Position numbers and translations under genes: made by a program
Part shown: positions 1-11,800 of the stretch, one piece after another
Layout: the number at the start of each line of letters is the position of its first letter
How positions within the stretch are numbered: the stretch's first letter is position 1
Notes under the pieces: generated by a model
Databases searched by the model: none
The model's input: the letters and a program-made list of their open reading frames with translations, nothing else
What the model was told of the DNA's origin: nothing
Assembly (NCBI GenBank): GCA_947498595.1
Contig: CANMKX010000021.1
Location: 9,594-73,593, forward strand
DNA length: 64,000 bases
Source: an uncultured Aquimarina sp.
GTDB taxonomy: Bacteria > Bacteroidota > Bacteroidia > Flavobacteriales > Flavobacteriaceae
Reading direction: 5' to 3'

Positions 1-1
1 G

Positions 2-787
2 TATAAAAATCCAGATTTTAGTTCTATTGATCAGCATGGTATCGAAATGGTTGCGGTACCCGGAAATCACGAAATGCTATATTACCATGATTATAAAGTA
101 CCTCATCATGATGAATGGCCTCTAAAAGGAGCTACCGAAATATGGATGAAACATATGAGTTCATTTATGCCAGAAGATAGAGATAGAGTTACAGGAAATG
201 ATAGTATAAACAATCAAATGACATTTGCTTTTACTCGTAAAAACATTGGATTTGTATTAATGAATACAGATACATACAATGCACCTACTAAGGAACATCC
301 ATATGGAATAGAAGGACAAGTACCGACAAAATGGATTATTGATAAGGTTTCTGCTTATAGAAATGATCCAACTATCGATCATGTTTTTGTTTTGGGTCAT
401 AAGCCATATTATATCAATGGTAATCCCGAAACAGGGCATGCTGGTCTTCCAGAAGGGCCAACGTTATGGCCAGAATTTAAAAAGAATCATGTCGCGGCTA
501 TGCTTTCTGCACATTTACATGATTATCAACGTATGCAACCAGAGAATGAAGGTACTTATCAAATAATTGCTGGAAATGCAGGAAGTCCAGGAGATGCAAC
601 TTTTTTTGGTTATTCTCAAATTGATATTATGAGCAATGGAACTATCAAACTAACATCTGTTGGCTATGACAAAGGAGATCCTTATTACACATCCACACCA
701 GAACAAAAAATAACCGTTAGAGATACTACTATTTTGAGCTGGAGTAAAAATAAAAATCCATACATAGCACCAAATTCTGGTCAATAA
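2..787 (+). CDS. Calcineurin-like metallophosphoesterase, 5' end outside the window
   Basis: GNHE, GHKP and AHLH motifs. The frame is open from base 2 (YKNPDFSS...) into the track ORF 47..787. Confidence 0.75.
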   Translation, partial: YKNPDFSSIDQHGIEMVAVPGNHEMLYYHDYKVPHHDEWPLKGATEIWMKHMSSFMPEDRDRVTGNDSINNQMTFAFTRKNIGFVLMNTDTYNAPTKEHPYGIEGQVPTKWIIDKVSAYRNDPTIDHVFVLGHKPYYINGNPETGHAGLPEGPTLWPEFKKNHVAAMLSAHLHDYQRMQPENEGTYQIIAGNAGSPGDATFFGYSQIDIMSNGTIKLTSVGYDKGDPYYTSTPEQKITVRDTTILSWSKNKNPYIAPNSGQ

Positions 788-794
788 AATGTTG

Positions 795-837
795 TAAAGA
801 GAATAGGGACAGGAGTCATTTTACCTTATTCTCTTTA
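795..837 (+). terminator. Intrinsic terminator-like hairpin
   Basis: TAAAGAGAATAGGG...CCTTATTCTCTTTA inverted repeat just after the stop codon. Confidence 0.55.
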
Positions 838-1035
838 TGTATCTGTTCTATAAGACCATAAACAAACACTTAAATAATTACTTCATATAAAATCCATAAA
901 GTTCAATAATTCAATTATTAAGCATTTACCAGACATTAACCTCCAATCTATTATTAATAAAAGTTAGTATGCTATTATAGCTTTAGCGTATGTTATTCTA
1001 TATTTGAGAAACAAAGAAATAATCTTTCTTTTTAA

Positions 1036-1887
1036 ATGTTCAGAATTATGAATACTCTTATTAGTGTAAATTGGTTATCAAAGCATTTGGATGATCCTAA
1101 TCTTATTATTTTAGATGTTAGTCCACAAAGTAATATTTCAGGATTAAAGACCTCATTTGAAGGTGTCAAAATAAAGAATGCTCGTCGTGTTAATTTAAAA
1201 CAGGATTTTAGTGATCACTCAAGTTCATTCCCTAATACTATTCAAGAACCTGATGCTTTCGAAAAATCGGCAAGAGCTTTAGGTATTTCTAATCAAAATA
1301 CGCTTATTATTTATGATAATTTGGGTATCTATACTGCTCCAAGACTTTGGTGGCTTTTTAAAACAATGGGACACAAAAATGTTGCGGTTTTAGATGGAGG
1401 CCTTCCAGAATGGTGCATACAACATCAAGCTATTGAAGATATAAATATCCAACCTACATATTCAATCGGAAATTTTACAGCTAATTATCAAAGTGATGTT
1501 GTCACCTTGATGCCAAAAATGCTTCATCATCATATAGAGAATTCTATTGCTGTTGTAGACGCTCGTTCTTCAGGTAGGTTTACAGGAGAAGCACCTGAAC
1601 CAAGAGAAGGTTTATCTAGTGGTCATATCCCTAATTCGTATAATATTCCATTTAAAGACGTTCTTAACGGACATTCCTATAAATCAAAAGAGGATTTAAA
1701 GAACGTTTTTTCAAAAATACCTCAAGACGTAACTTCTTATATTTTTAGTTGTGGATCTGGGTTAACGGCATGTATTGTTGCTTTGGCTTTACATCAAATT
1801 AAAGATATTCCTTATAGCGTTTATGACGGCTCATGGACAGAATGGGCACAATGTCAACCAAATTATATTGAAAAAAGCTATATATGA
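1036..1887 (+). CDS. sseA: Two-domain rhodanese / 3-mercaptopyruvate sulfurtransferase
   Basis: VLDGGLPEW, DARS, SGHIP, CGSGLTAC active-site loop, YDGSWTEW signature. Confidence 0.9.
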   Translation: MFRIMNTLISVNWLSKHLDDPNLIILDVSPQSNISGLKTSFEGVKIKNARRVNLKQDFSDHSSSFPNTIQEPDAFEKSARALGISNQNTLIIYDNLGIYTAPRLWWLFKTMGHKNVAVLDGGLPEWCIQHQAIEDINIQPTYSIGNFTANYQSDVVTLMPKMLHHHIENSIAVVDARSSGRFTGEAPEPREGLSSGHIPNSYNIPFKDVLNGHSYKSKEDLKNVFSKIPQDVTSYIFSCGSGLTACIVALALHQIKDIPYSVYDGSWTEWAQCQPNYIEKSYI

Positions 1888-1902
1888 AATAGGAGAGAAG
1901 CT

Positions 1903-1949
1903 TTAAAACAAAATGCCAAAGTAAAGACTACTCTGGCATTTTGTTTTAA
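1903..1949. terminator. Bidirectional terminator between convergent sseA and sulP
   Basis: 16-bp perfect inverted repeat TTAAAACAAAATGCCA / TGGCATTTTGTTTTAA. Confidence 0.7.
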
Positions 1950-1965
1950 TATTTTAGATGAGGTT

Positions 1966-3498
1966 TTAAGCAGACTTAGGTCTTAATTTAAAAAACTCAA
2001 TATAACTTGGTGGATTTTCAACTTCACCTCTTTCAGAGATAAGTTTTATTGTAATCCCTTTTTCTTTAGCTTTAATTGTAAAATCATCTAATATTTCTAT
2101 AATATCATTATCCAAATATCTTGTTTTTCTTACATCTAATTCTAAATAAGAATTCTCAGTTAAATTATCCAATTCTTTTAATATAGCTCCTTTGTTGAAA
2201 AAAGTAACTTCTTCTGCCAAAGTCATTTTTATCATCTGCTCACCATTACTTTTATCTTCAATATGTAAAAAGTGAGAATTTTGATAACTTTTAAATAAGA
2301 TAACTACAATTCCTACTGCAAGTCCTAGTCCAATTCCTAATAATAAATCTCCAGTAATAACCATTGGTAAAACTGTTGCCATAAATGGCACAAATTGTTT
2401 CCATCCTAACTTATACATATTAATAAAAGTAGCTGGTTTTGCCAATTTATAACCTACAATTAATAAGATCGCAGCTAAAACCGATAATGGAATATTATTT
2501 AATAAAGTCGGAATTAATACAATAGAGATTAATAATAAAAATCCATGAATAATAGTTGACACTTTACTTTTACCTCCAGATTGAATATTAGCTGAACTTC
2601 TTACAATAACCTGAGTTACAGGTAAACCACCAATCATACCAGACATAATATTTCCAACTCCTTGAGCTAATAATTCTCTATTAGTAGGAGTTACATTTTT
2701 ATCTGGATCTAATTTATCAGATGCTTCAACACATAATAATGTTTCTAAACTTGCTACAACTGCAATCGTAAAAGCAGTAATCCAAACATCTTTATTACCA
2801 ATTACTCCAAAATTAGGAAATGTAAATTGACCTAAAAATGAATCTAAACTTTCTGGTACAGGAACACTTACTAATTGTTTAGCATTAACTGCTAATTGTT
2901 CATTTCCTTGTGTTATTACATAAAAAACTATACCGATAACCACTGCTACTAATGGTCCTTGTATTATTTGAAATATTTTTCCTTTCTTAGATAATACTTG
3001 TTGCCATAAAACTAAGATCAATAGACCTACAACTCCAATAACAGTAGATCCAATACTTATAGCATCAAAAGAAATTCCACCTGCTGATTTATCATAACCA
3101 AAAAAGAAAGGTATTTGTTTCATGATGATAATGATACCAATACCTGTTAACATCCCCTTAATCACTGAAGAAGGAAAATAATATCCTATAACTCCAGCTT
3201 TTAGAAATCCTAATATTAATTGAATAACTCCACCAATTACTACAGCCAATAAGAAATTTTCAAATCCTCCAAGACTATCGATAGAAGTTAAAACTATTGC
3301 AGCCAATCCTGCTGCTGGTCCACTTACTCCAATTTTTGATCCACTAAGAAATCCAACGACAATTCCTCCTACTATACCAGCGATAAGTCCACTAAATAAT
3401 GGAGCTCCACTAGCTAATGCAATACCTAAACATAAAGGTAATGCAACAAAAAACACTACGATACTCGCTGGAATATCATTTTTAAAAGTTTTAAACAT
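1966..3498 (-). CDS. sulP: SulP family anion permease
   Basis: ALPLCLGIALASGAP, GVSGPAAGL, QVIVRSSANI motifs; degenerate STAS-like C-terminus. Confidence 0.9.
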   Translation of the reverse strand: MFKTFKNDIPASIVVFFVALPLCLGIALASGAPLFSGLIAGIVGGIVVGFLSGSKIGVSGPAAGLAAIVLTSIDSLGGFENFLLAVVIGGVIQLILGFLKAGVIGYYFPSSVIKGMLTGIGIIIIMKQIPFFFGYDKSAGGISFDAISIGSTVIGVVGLLILVLWQQVLSKKGKIFQIIQGPLVAVVIGIVFYVITQGNEQLAVNAKQLVSVPVPESLDSFLGQFTFPNFGVIGNKDVWITAFTIAVVASLETLLCVEASDKLDPDKNVTPTNRELLAQGVGNIMSGMIGGLPVTQVIVRSSANIQSGGKSKVSTIIHGFLLLISIVLIPTLLNNIPLSVLAAILLIVGYKLAKPATFINMYKLGWKQFVPFMATVLPMVITGDLLLGIGLGLAVGIVVILFKSYQNSHFLHIEDKSNGEQMIKMTLAEEVTFFNKGAILKELDNLTENSYLELDVRKTRYLDNDIIEILDDFTIKAKEKGITIKLISERGEVENPPSYIEFFKLRPKSA

Positions 3499-3580
3499 AT
3501 ATCTTAAATAATTTAATTTTTAAATAAAGTTTATGCATTATCTCATATAAGAATGCATCTATAATATCATTTATAAAAAA

Positions 3581-3865
3581 TTAAACTAATTTGGGCGGAG
3601 GTGTTAGTATCTCGTTATGACGAAGTGTTTTATTCTCTTGTTCTTTAGAAAACATTTTTCTTTTATTATCAATAATACAATTAACTACGTCATCTGTATC
3701 TTCAATAAAAATTTTATTCTCAAATTCTCTTTTCTTTTCTTCAAGGTCATTATCATCAATATCCATAAGTTCAGCCACTTCAGAATCACATAAGATCTGA
3801 AAATAGAAGAATTGTGGCCCGGATAATACGGACAAAATTAATATGACACTGAAAAATATTCTCAA
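3581..3865 (-). CDS. Small hypothetical protein upstream of sulP
   Basis: 94-aa ORF with hydrophobic N-terminus and TPPP C-terminus. Confidence 0.5.
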   Translation of the reverse strand: MRIFFSVILILSVLSGPQFFYFQILCDSEVAELMDIDDNDLEEKKREFENKIFIEDTDDVVNCIIDNKRKMFSKEQENKTLRHNEILTPPPKLV

Positions 3866-4033
3866 TTACTACCTTTTAGATAACAAAAATAATTTTTTTT
3901 TTGTATTTATACGCTTCTTAACGATATTTTAATACACTTTGTAGAAAAAATATGATTTCTAGTAAGAGATTAGTATCTTATTATCTTAGTCCTTACATTA
4001 CAAACTGTATTTTAATAAAACTTTACAAATATA

Positions 4034-5857
4034 ATGATCGAATTAGCAGGCATTATCATATTAGGTATTCTAGCACAATGGGTCGCATGGAAACTTAAAA
4101 TCCCAGCGATATTACCATTAATTTTAATTGGTTTACTTGTAGGACCTTTCGCCGCAGGATTTCTTAGTGAAGACGGTTACAAATGGATTGAACCTATATG
4201 GAATGGTCATCATGGATTGTTTCCAGGAGAAAGCCTATTTCATTTTGTTTCCTTGGCTATTAGTATTATCCTTTTTGAAGGAGGGTTAACACTGAAACTC
4301 AATGAAATTAAAAATATTGAACCTGTAATTACGAAATTAATTACCGTAGGCTCTGCAATTACATTTTTTGGAGCTGCTATTGCAGTACATTATACTTTTG
4401 ACCTAGAATGGAATATTAGCTTCTTATTTTCTGGATTGATAATTGTTACTGGTCCAACAGTAATTGCCCCAATTTTACGAAATGTTCCACTTAAAAAAGA
4501 TATTTCGGCTATTCTTAAATGGGAAGGAATACTGATTGATCCTATTGGAGCTTTGGTAGCGGTATTGGTATTCGAATTTATAAGCGTTGGAGGAGGAGAA
4601 GATTTTACAAAAACTGCGTTTATAGAATTTGGTAAAATTTTACTTTTCGGTACTACCTTTGGTTTTTCATTCGCACATGGATTGCATTTTGCTATGGAAC
4701 GTAAATTGATTCCTCATTATCTATTAAACGTAGTTGCATTAACTTCTGTATTAGGTGTTTTTGTTTTATCAGATGCATTTGCTCATGAATCTGGTTTATT
4801 ATCTGTGGTTGTTATGGGAATGGTATTGGGGAACTCTAATTCAAAACATCTTAAAGAACTATTATACTTCAAAGAATCTTTAAGTACGTTATTAATATCA
4901 ATATTGTTTATATTACTTGCTGCTAATATTAACATTGCAGATTTAATGTTAATTTATAATTGGAAAACGCTGCTATTATTTAGTATTGTAATCTTTATAA
5001 TTCGTCCATTAGGAGTATTTATTTGTACTACAAATTCGACTTTAAAGTTTAATGAAAAACTCTTTATTAGTTGGGTGGGACCAAGAGGAATTGTAGCTGC
5101 TGGTATTGCATCTCTATTTGGATTAAAATTAGCAAAACATAATGTTGAAGGTGCAGAATATATCACTCCTTTGGTGTTTATGATTGTATTAGGAACGGTA
5201 TTATTAAATGCGACTACTGCACGTTTTTTTGCTAAAATAACAGGCGTTTTTCTTAAAAAATCTAACGGAATTTTAATTATTGGTGCTTCAAAATTTTCTA
5301 GAACACTAGCAGAATATCTTCTAAAAAATAACCGTCAAGTAGTTTTGATTGATACAAATAACGATAACATCAATCAAGCTAAAGAATTAGGGCTTGAAGC
5401 TCTTAGCATGGATATATATTCTGAAGAATTAAAATATGATATCGAATTGAATAATATAGGTTATTTAATGGCTTTTACAGGAAATTCTGAAATTAATAAA
5501 TATGCCATTGATAAGTTTAAAAAACAATTTGGAGAAAATGGTGCTTTTAGAATTCATTCTAAAGACGAAATAGAGAATGATAAAACCATGCAAAATGGAG
5601 CTCCTCATATTTTTTCTAAAACAAATGATTTTGTTTCATTTGATGAAATAGCTCGTAAAAACCCAAAAATTCACGAAATAAAAATTAAAAACAATTACCA
5701 AGAATTACTTTCTAAAATAAATACCAATCCTAATACTGCAGCAATATTTGTAAAGAAAGAAAGCGGGCGTATAGAAATTATTTCAGATGTAAATACAAAA
5801 ACTATCCAGCAAGAAAAAAATGCACATTTAATATACTTAGGAGAGCTGCTTAATTAA
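4034..5857 (+). CDS. CPA1/NhaP-type cation:proton antiporter with TrkA-N-like domain
   Basis: ILFEGG, VTGPTVI, EGILIDPIG, GPRGIVAA motifs; C-terminal IIGAS Rossmann-like domain. Confidence 0.88.
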   Translation: MIELAGIIILGILAQWVAWKLKIPAILPLILIGLLVGPFAAGFLSEDGYKWIEPIWNGHHGLFPGESLFHFVSLAISIILFEGGLTLKLNEIKNIEPVITKLITVGSAITFFGAAIAVHYTFDLEWNISFLFSGLIIVTGPTVIAPILRNVPLKKDISAILKWEGILIDPIGALVAVLVFEFISVGGGEDFTKTAFIEFGKILLFGTTFGFSFAHGLHFAMERKLIPHYLLNVVALTSVLGVFVLSDAFAHESGLLSVVVMGMVLGNSNSKHLKELLYFKESLSTLLISILFILLAANINIADLMLIYNWKTLLLFSIVIFIIRPLGVFICTTNSTLKFNEKLFISWVGPRGIVAAGIASLFGLKLAKHNVEGAEYITPLVFMIVLGTVLLNATTARFFAKITGVFLKKSNGILIIGASKFSRTLAEYLLKNNRQVVLIDTNNDNINQAKELGLEALSMDIYSEELKYDIELNNIGYLMAFTGNSEINKYAIDKFKKQFGENGAFRIHSKDEIENDKTMQNGAPHIFSKTNDFVSFDEIARKNPKIHEIKIKNNYQELLSKINTNPNTAAIFVKKESGRIEIISDVNTKTIQQEKNAHLIYLGELLN

Positions 5858-5933
5858 AAGAAGAATCCTAAAAACGAATTGTAAATTCAATATTTGTTTA
5901 TTAAAAAACAATGATGAATTTACAATTCGCTCT

Positions 5934-6638
5934 TTACATATATAAATTATTAATGACTGCTTTATAAGTTTGTCCTATAGGAATTTTATGTTCTTCTATA
6001 TGAATTCTATTCCCAACAATAGCTTCTATTTTATCCAATGCAACTACAAATGATTTATGCACTCTCAAGAAAGAAGTTGATGGAAGCAACGTTTCAAACG
6101 AAGATATTTTTTGATGACTTAAGATCATTTTATCTTCAAGAAACACTTTAGTATAGTTACCATAAGCTTCTATAAATAAAATGGTTTCAGAATGTATTTG
6201 ATGGTGTTTTTTATCTCCTTTAATAAAAAGTCGTTTACTGCTTTGAGTTACTTCACTTGCTACTGTTATTGAGCTTTGAGATTTTGAAGAAGTAGCTATT
6301 GCTTTATTTACTGCGGTTAAAAATCTCTCAAAACTAAAGGGTTTTAATAGGTAATCTACAACATTAAGATCAAAACCTTCTAAGGCAAATTCTTTATAAG
6401 CAGTCGTGACTATAACCTTTGGAGGATTAGATAGTGTTCTTAAAAAATCAAAGCCTTTTAATTTTGGCATATTCAGATCTAAGAACATAAAATCGACAGT
6501 ATTCGAATTTAAAAATTGTAGCGCTTCTAATGCATTATAACAATTTTTCTCTAGTGTAAGGTGTGGTAACATCGAACAGAATTCTTCTATTATTTCGTGC
6601 GCCAAAGGTTCATCATCAACAATCATATATCGTGTCAT
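5934..6638 (-). CDS. LytTR family response regulator
   Basis: VDDEPLA, FLDLNMP, YLLKP receiver motifs; FLRVHKSF LytTR motif. Confidence 0.92.
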   Translation of the reverse strand: MTRYMIVDDEPLAHEIIEEFCSMLPHLTLEKNCYNALEALQFLNSNTVDFMFLDLNMPKLKGFDFLRTLSNPPKVIVTTAYKEFALEGFDLNVVDYLLKPFSFERFLTAVNKAIATSSKSQSSITVASEVTQSSKRLFIKGDKKHHQIHSETILFIEAYGNYTKVFLEDKMILSHQKISSFETLLPSTSFLRVHKSFVVALDKIEAIVGNRIHIEEHKIPIGQTYKAVINNLYM

Positions 6639-7765
6639 ACTTCTTCTATTTTTAATAGTACTTCGTATTCATTATCTATTTTTGAAGTTATAATTTTATA
6701 AGAGTTTGGATACAATAAATTTAATCTTCTTACCAAATTACTCATTCCAATTCCTTCTTCAGGTGTTGTTGTTTCATCTAAGAAAGCATTTTTTATAGTA
6801 AAATTAATTTCACTTTTGGACACCTCTAAAAACATATGTACATATGCACTGTCAATCATTTTTTCAACCCCATGTTTAAATGCATTTTCAACCAAAATAA
6901 TAAACAATAATGGTGCAATTAAAACTTGATCGTCAACTACATTATAATCAAACTCGATCGAAACATCTTTTTTATATCTAATCTTATGCAAATCAATATA
7001 ATTTTCTAGATAATCTATTTCCTCTTTTATAGAAACACGTTCGTTCTTCCCTTCATAAATAGTATATCGCATCATCTCGGATAATTTTAAAATCACATCA
7101 GGTGCTTTATCTGATTTTTTAACAGTCAACGCGTATAAATTATTAAGAGTATTAAAAAAGAAATGAGGATTTATCTGTGCCTGAAGCATTTTTAATTCGG
7201 CTTGCGCTTTTGCATTTTTCAATGATTGCAACCATTTCCATTGCTCAAAACTCCATAAAGCAACACAAAATGGGATAGGAATTAAAAATAGGCCAATAGC
7301 TACTCCTTTTTTAAGCTCAACATAACTTTCAAAATCGCCTGTAAATAATCTTACATAAATAAAATATAAAGTAATAAGCGTATATAGGGTATAGATGTAT
7401 TTTCCATATTTCTTAAAGAACTTAGCTGTAAAAAAACTAACTACATAAAGCCAGAAAACAACTAATAAACTAATTGTAACTGGGTTGTCAGGTATTTTTA
7501 AACTGTTATCAATCAATATCATAACAATAAGCACGCTTATCAAACCTACTATTTTGTATACAATGCGCTTTTTTTCTTTAATAAAAGAAAACTTATAAAT
7601 AAGCAAAGAAATGAGCATCCACCAAAATAAGAAGATTAATACGACTTCGACAGGATCATCTTGTGGAATTAAAATGAACTGATAAAATTCTAGGCCTAAT
7701 ACAATAATAGAAACTATAAAAAAGCCAATTATAAATGCCTTATATTTTTTTAAAAACTGGATCAT
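6635..7765 (-). CDS. LytS/YehU-type membrane histidine kinase
   Basis: AQINPHFFFNTLN H-box, LVENAFKHG, GIGMSNL; N-terminal TM helices. Confidence 0.9.
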   Translation of the reverse strand: MIQFLKKYKAFIIGFFIVSIIVLGLEFYQFILIPQDDPVEVVLIFLFWWMLISLLIYKFSFIKEKKRIVYKIVGLISVLIVMILIDNSLKIPDNPVTISLLVVFWLYVVSFFTAKFFKKYGKYIYTLYTLITLYFIYVRLFTGDFESYVELKKGVAIGLFLIPIPFCVALWSFEQWKWLQSLKNAKAQAELKMLQAQINPHFFFNTLNNLYALTVKKSDKAPDVILKLSEMMRYTIYEGKNERVSIKEEIDYLENYIDLHKIRYKKDVSIEFDYNVVDDQVLIAPLLFIILVENAFKHGVEKMIDSAYVHMFLEVSKSEINFTIKNAFLDETTTPEEGIGMSNLVRRLNLLYPNSYKIITSKIDNEYEVLLKIEEV

Positions 7766-7808
7766 TTCACAAAATTACTAATGTTATCGACTGAGCCCAA
7801 TTAAATTG

Positions 7809-7856
7809 ATGAACCCTTTCTTTTTTGATACAAACATTGATCTTTTTATCACAAAC
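7809..7856. promoter_or_regulatory. Putative LytTR-binding direct repeats
   Basis: ATGAAC (7809), ACAAAC (7830), ACAAAC (7851) at exact 21-bp spacing between the kinase and the divergent ABC operon. Confidence 0.45.
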
Positions 7857-7971
7857 TCAAGTAGCGTTATTTTTTATAGCATATATCCCCAATAACTGTT
7901 GGTAGAACATTCTTATTATAACACATCAAGGTTTCAATTTAGATTCGTCTTCAAGTCTAAAAATAGAATTT

Positions 7972-8862
7972 ATGAATACTTTACAGATAGAAAACATTAC
8001 AAAGACATATCCCAATGGAGTTCATGCTCTTAGCAACGTTTCATTAAAAATAAACAATGGATTATTTGGTTTATTAGGTCCTAACGGAGCAGGAAAGTCA
8101 TCTTTGATGCGAACGATTGCATGTTTACAAGAACCTAGCAAAGGTGCCATTACCTTTAACGATGTGAATATTCTTCAAAATCCCCAAAAGCTTCGTTCAT
8201 CTTTGGGATATCTACCTCAGGAATTTGGCGTATACCCCAAAATATCAGCATATAAATTATTGGATCATTTAGCCATTTTAAAAGGAATCATTCACAAAAA
8301 AGATAGAAAAACACAAGTGGAAGCTTTATTGGCACAGACAAATTTATACCAACATAGGAAAAAATCAGTATACAATTTTTCAGGAGGAATGAAACAACGT
8401 TTCGGAATTGCACAGGCATTGTTAGGAAATCCGCAATTAATTATTGTTGATGAACCTACAGCTGGATTAGATCCCGAAGAGCGAAATCGCTTTTTAAATT
8501 TATTAAGCGAGATAGGGGAGAACGTAATTGTTATTTTATCTACACATATCGTAGACGATGTAAGTGATTTATGCAAGCAAATGGCAATATTATCCAAAGG
8601 AGAAATCATCGCACAAGGAAAACCATCTGCTTTAATAAAAAGTTTAGAAGGAAAAATTTGGACCAAAAAAATTTCTAAAAATAATTTGATCTCGCATAAA
8701 AAAGCTTTTAATATTATTTCAACAAAACTGGTTGCTGGCATGACACAAATTAGAGTGATTGCAAAAAACCAACCCGAAGCCAGTTTTAAAGCTATAGCTC
8801 CTAATCTAGAAGATTACTATTTCTCAAGTATTCAACAAGCATCAATCAACAAAACACTATAA
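7972..8862 (+). CDS. ABC transporter ATP-binding protein
   Basis: GPNGAGKS Walker A, FSGGMKQR signature, IVDEP Walker B. Confidence 0.95.
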   Translation: MNTLQIENITKTYPNGVHALSNVSLKINNGLFGLLGPNGAGKSSLMRTIACLQEPSKGAITFNDVNILQNPQKLRSSLGYLPQEFGVYPKISAYKLLDHLAILKGIIHKKDRKTQVEALLAQTNLYQHRKKSVYNFSGGMKQRFGIAQALLGNPQLIIVDEPTAGLDPEERNRFLNLLSEIGENVIVILSTHIVDDVSDLCKQMAILSKGEIIAQGKPSALIKSLEGKIWTKKISKNNLISHKKAFNIISTKLVAGMTQIRVIAKNQPEASFKAIAPNLEDYYFSSIQQASINKTL

Positions 8863-8865
8863 AAT

Positions 8866-11800
8866 ATGGTTAAGCAACTTATACAATTCGAATTTTATTA
8901 TCAATGTAGACAACGTGCTTTTCTACTTTTATCCTTACTATTTCTTATGCTTGGTTATTTTTGTGGCCAACAAGGATTTGCATTAGATCAAGTACATTTT
9001 AATTCTGAATATCAGATAATATTCTACACTAGTTTGTTTACTCTTGGAGCTGTTTTTATCATTATGTTTTTTGCAAATAATGGAGTTTTAAGAGATCGAC
9101 GATACCAGATGGAAGCTATAATGTATAGTACTTCCATGTCAAAAATCACCTTTTTCGGAATTCGTTTTCTAGGTGTTTTTATTAGTAGCTTATTAGCTTT
9201 TACACCATTCATTCTGGGCTATATTACAGGTATAGCACTTACAGATCTTGATCCTAGTCGCCTTTCTCACTTTTCTATATTTCCATATCTGAGAGCGTGG
9301 TTATTTTTTGTTGTTCCCAATATACTTTTGTGTTCATCGCTATTATTTGCTATTAGTTTATTAGCAAAAAATGCAATAGCAACTTATATAGGAGCCATAT
9401 TTATATACATGCTATACATGATTAGTTCGATGTTTTTAAACTCTCCTTTATTAGCACAATCTGTTCCAGCATCTCCAGAGACAATGAGTTTTGCAGCTAT
9501 AATGGATCCTTTAGGGATAGCAGCATTTTATGAACAAACACACTATTGGACGCCCGCGCAAAAAAATAGTGAACACTTAGCTTTTTCAGGTTTATTTATG
9601 TGGAATCGTATATTATGGATTTCAATTTCTTTATTAATAAATGGTATTAGCTATCAATTATTTTCATTTAGAAAATTGCAGCAAAAAACTAAAAAGAAAA
9701 TAGGAAAACTATCTAACACATCAACTGTTTCTAATTATAGGCCTATCAATCCTGTTATATCAATTAAATCCCAATGTATTGCCTTGTTTTCTCTTTTAAC
9801 AATAGAATTAAAATACGTTTTCAAGAATATTCCTTTTATAGCCATTATGTTAATGTGGCTGGTCATTATTACTACCGAATTTTATAACAATATTTATAAT
9901 GGAGGCGCCTATAATGATAGTATATATCCTTTTACGAATCTATTGATTGATTTAATGGTAACACCAATGACAACGCTTAGCATTATCTTGATAATTTTTT
10001 ACAGTGGAGAATTACTCTGGAAAGAGCGTAGTTTTAATTTTAATTATATCATTGACGCTACTCCTGTTTACAACAGCACTCTTTTTATATCCAAAAGTAT
10101 TGCATTGCTTTTACTTCCTCTAGTATTAATAACGATAGGAATATTCACTGCTATTTTCTTTCAATTATTAAATGGCTCAGTAACTATAGATTTATGGCAA
10201 TATATCGCGCTTTATTATTTTTATGGGCTTAAAATTTGTCTATATGCAATTATAGCAATTTGCATACAAAGTTTCGTTTCTAATAAATATTTAGGAATGG
10301 GAATTACAGGCTTGGTTATTTTCGGAAGTTTAATTTCGTATCGATTTGGTATAGAACATCCATTGCTCACTCTTGGAGCAATACCCAAACCAAATTATAC
10401 TGATATGAATGGTTTTTCAAAAGATTATATCCAGTATTCTCATTTAATCAGTTATTGGATAAGTGGGGCAGGAGTTGCTATTATTTTTGCATTTAAAACC
10501 TGGCAACGTGGAATTAATAAAAGCATTTTATATAAGTTAAAGCAAATACGATCTAACTGGAAACTTTGGCAATATATTAATTTAGCTAGTTGTGTCCTTG
10601 TTTTCATTGTCATGGGAAGTATGGTATTTTACAATACCAATATCGTTACAAACTATACTACAATAAAAAGTACTACGAATGATAGGGAAACATACGAACG
10701 AAAATTTAAAAAATATGAAACCTTAAAAAAACTAATTCCTTCAAAGATTACTACGAGAGTTGCATTATTTCCTAAAAAAGATACCTATACAATTGCAGCT
10801 AATTATACCTTGAAAAATAATAATGAAACTTCAATTGACTCCGTATTAATCACAGAGCGAATTCCTTTAAAAAATATCACTCTTGAAAATGCTGTTCTAA
10901 CGGAATATGATAGTATTCTCGGAACGTACTTATTTCGTTTTGAAGAAGCTGTAATTCCAAGTCAAGAAATCAATTTTAAATTTTCTATTCAGAAGGAATT
11001 AACTGGATATGAAACATCTAGAAATATAATCTCTAATGGTTCATATATAACACATCGTGATTTTGATCCCGTATTATCCTATCGAAAAAGTATCGAAATA
11101 CAAGATCCTTTTGAACGTAAAAAAAGAGGTTTACCAGAACTTATTAAAGCGGAAAATACAGATCAACATATAATGAATAAAGAATTTTCTATGGAAAAAG
11201 TTACCTTTGAAACAATTATCAGCACCGATATTGAGCAAACAGCAATAACCACAGGAAATTTAATTAGAAAATGGGAGCAGGGGAATCGTTCCTTTTATGA
11301 ATACAAAACTAAGCATCCAATACTACCGAGTATTGCTTATTTTTCAGCCAAATACAAAAAGAAAACAGCTAATTTTGAAGGAATTCGTATCGAACAATAT
11401 TATGATAAAAAGCATGATTATAATATTGCTACGATTGAAAAAAGCACACAACAAGCTTTAGAATATTGCATTCAAAACTTTGGGAAATATCATGATGATC
11501 ATATACGAATTGCTGAAATTCCAGCGCATTGGCAATTTGGAGGTTTTGCACACCCTGGAGTCATCAGTATGGTAGAAGATCGTTTGTATTTAACTGATTT
11601 AAGTAATGATCCGGCGTTTAATCTAGTCGCTAAGCGTACGATTCATGAGGTAGCACATCAATGGTGGGGACATATTTTATCGGCAAAACCTATTGCTGGT
11701 GGATCTTTATTAGTTGAAGGTTTTGCTAAATATACCGAAGGAGTTGTAATGGAAAAACATTATGGAAAAGGTGCATTATGGCAGTTAAGTCAGACAGCGA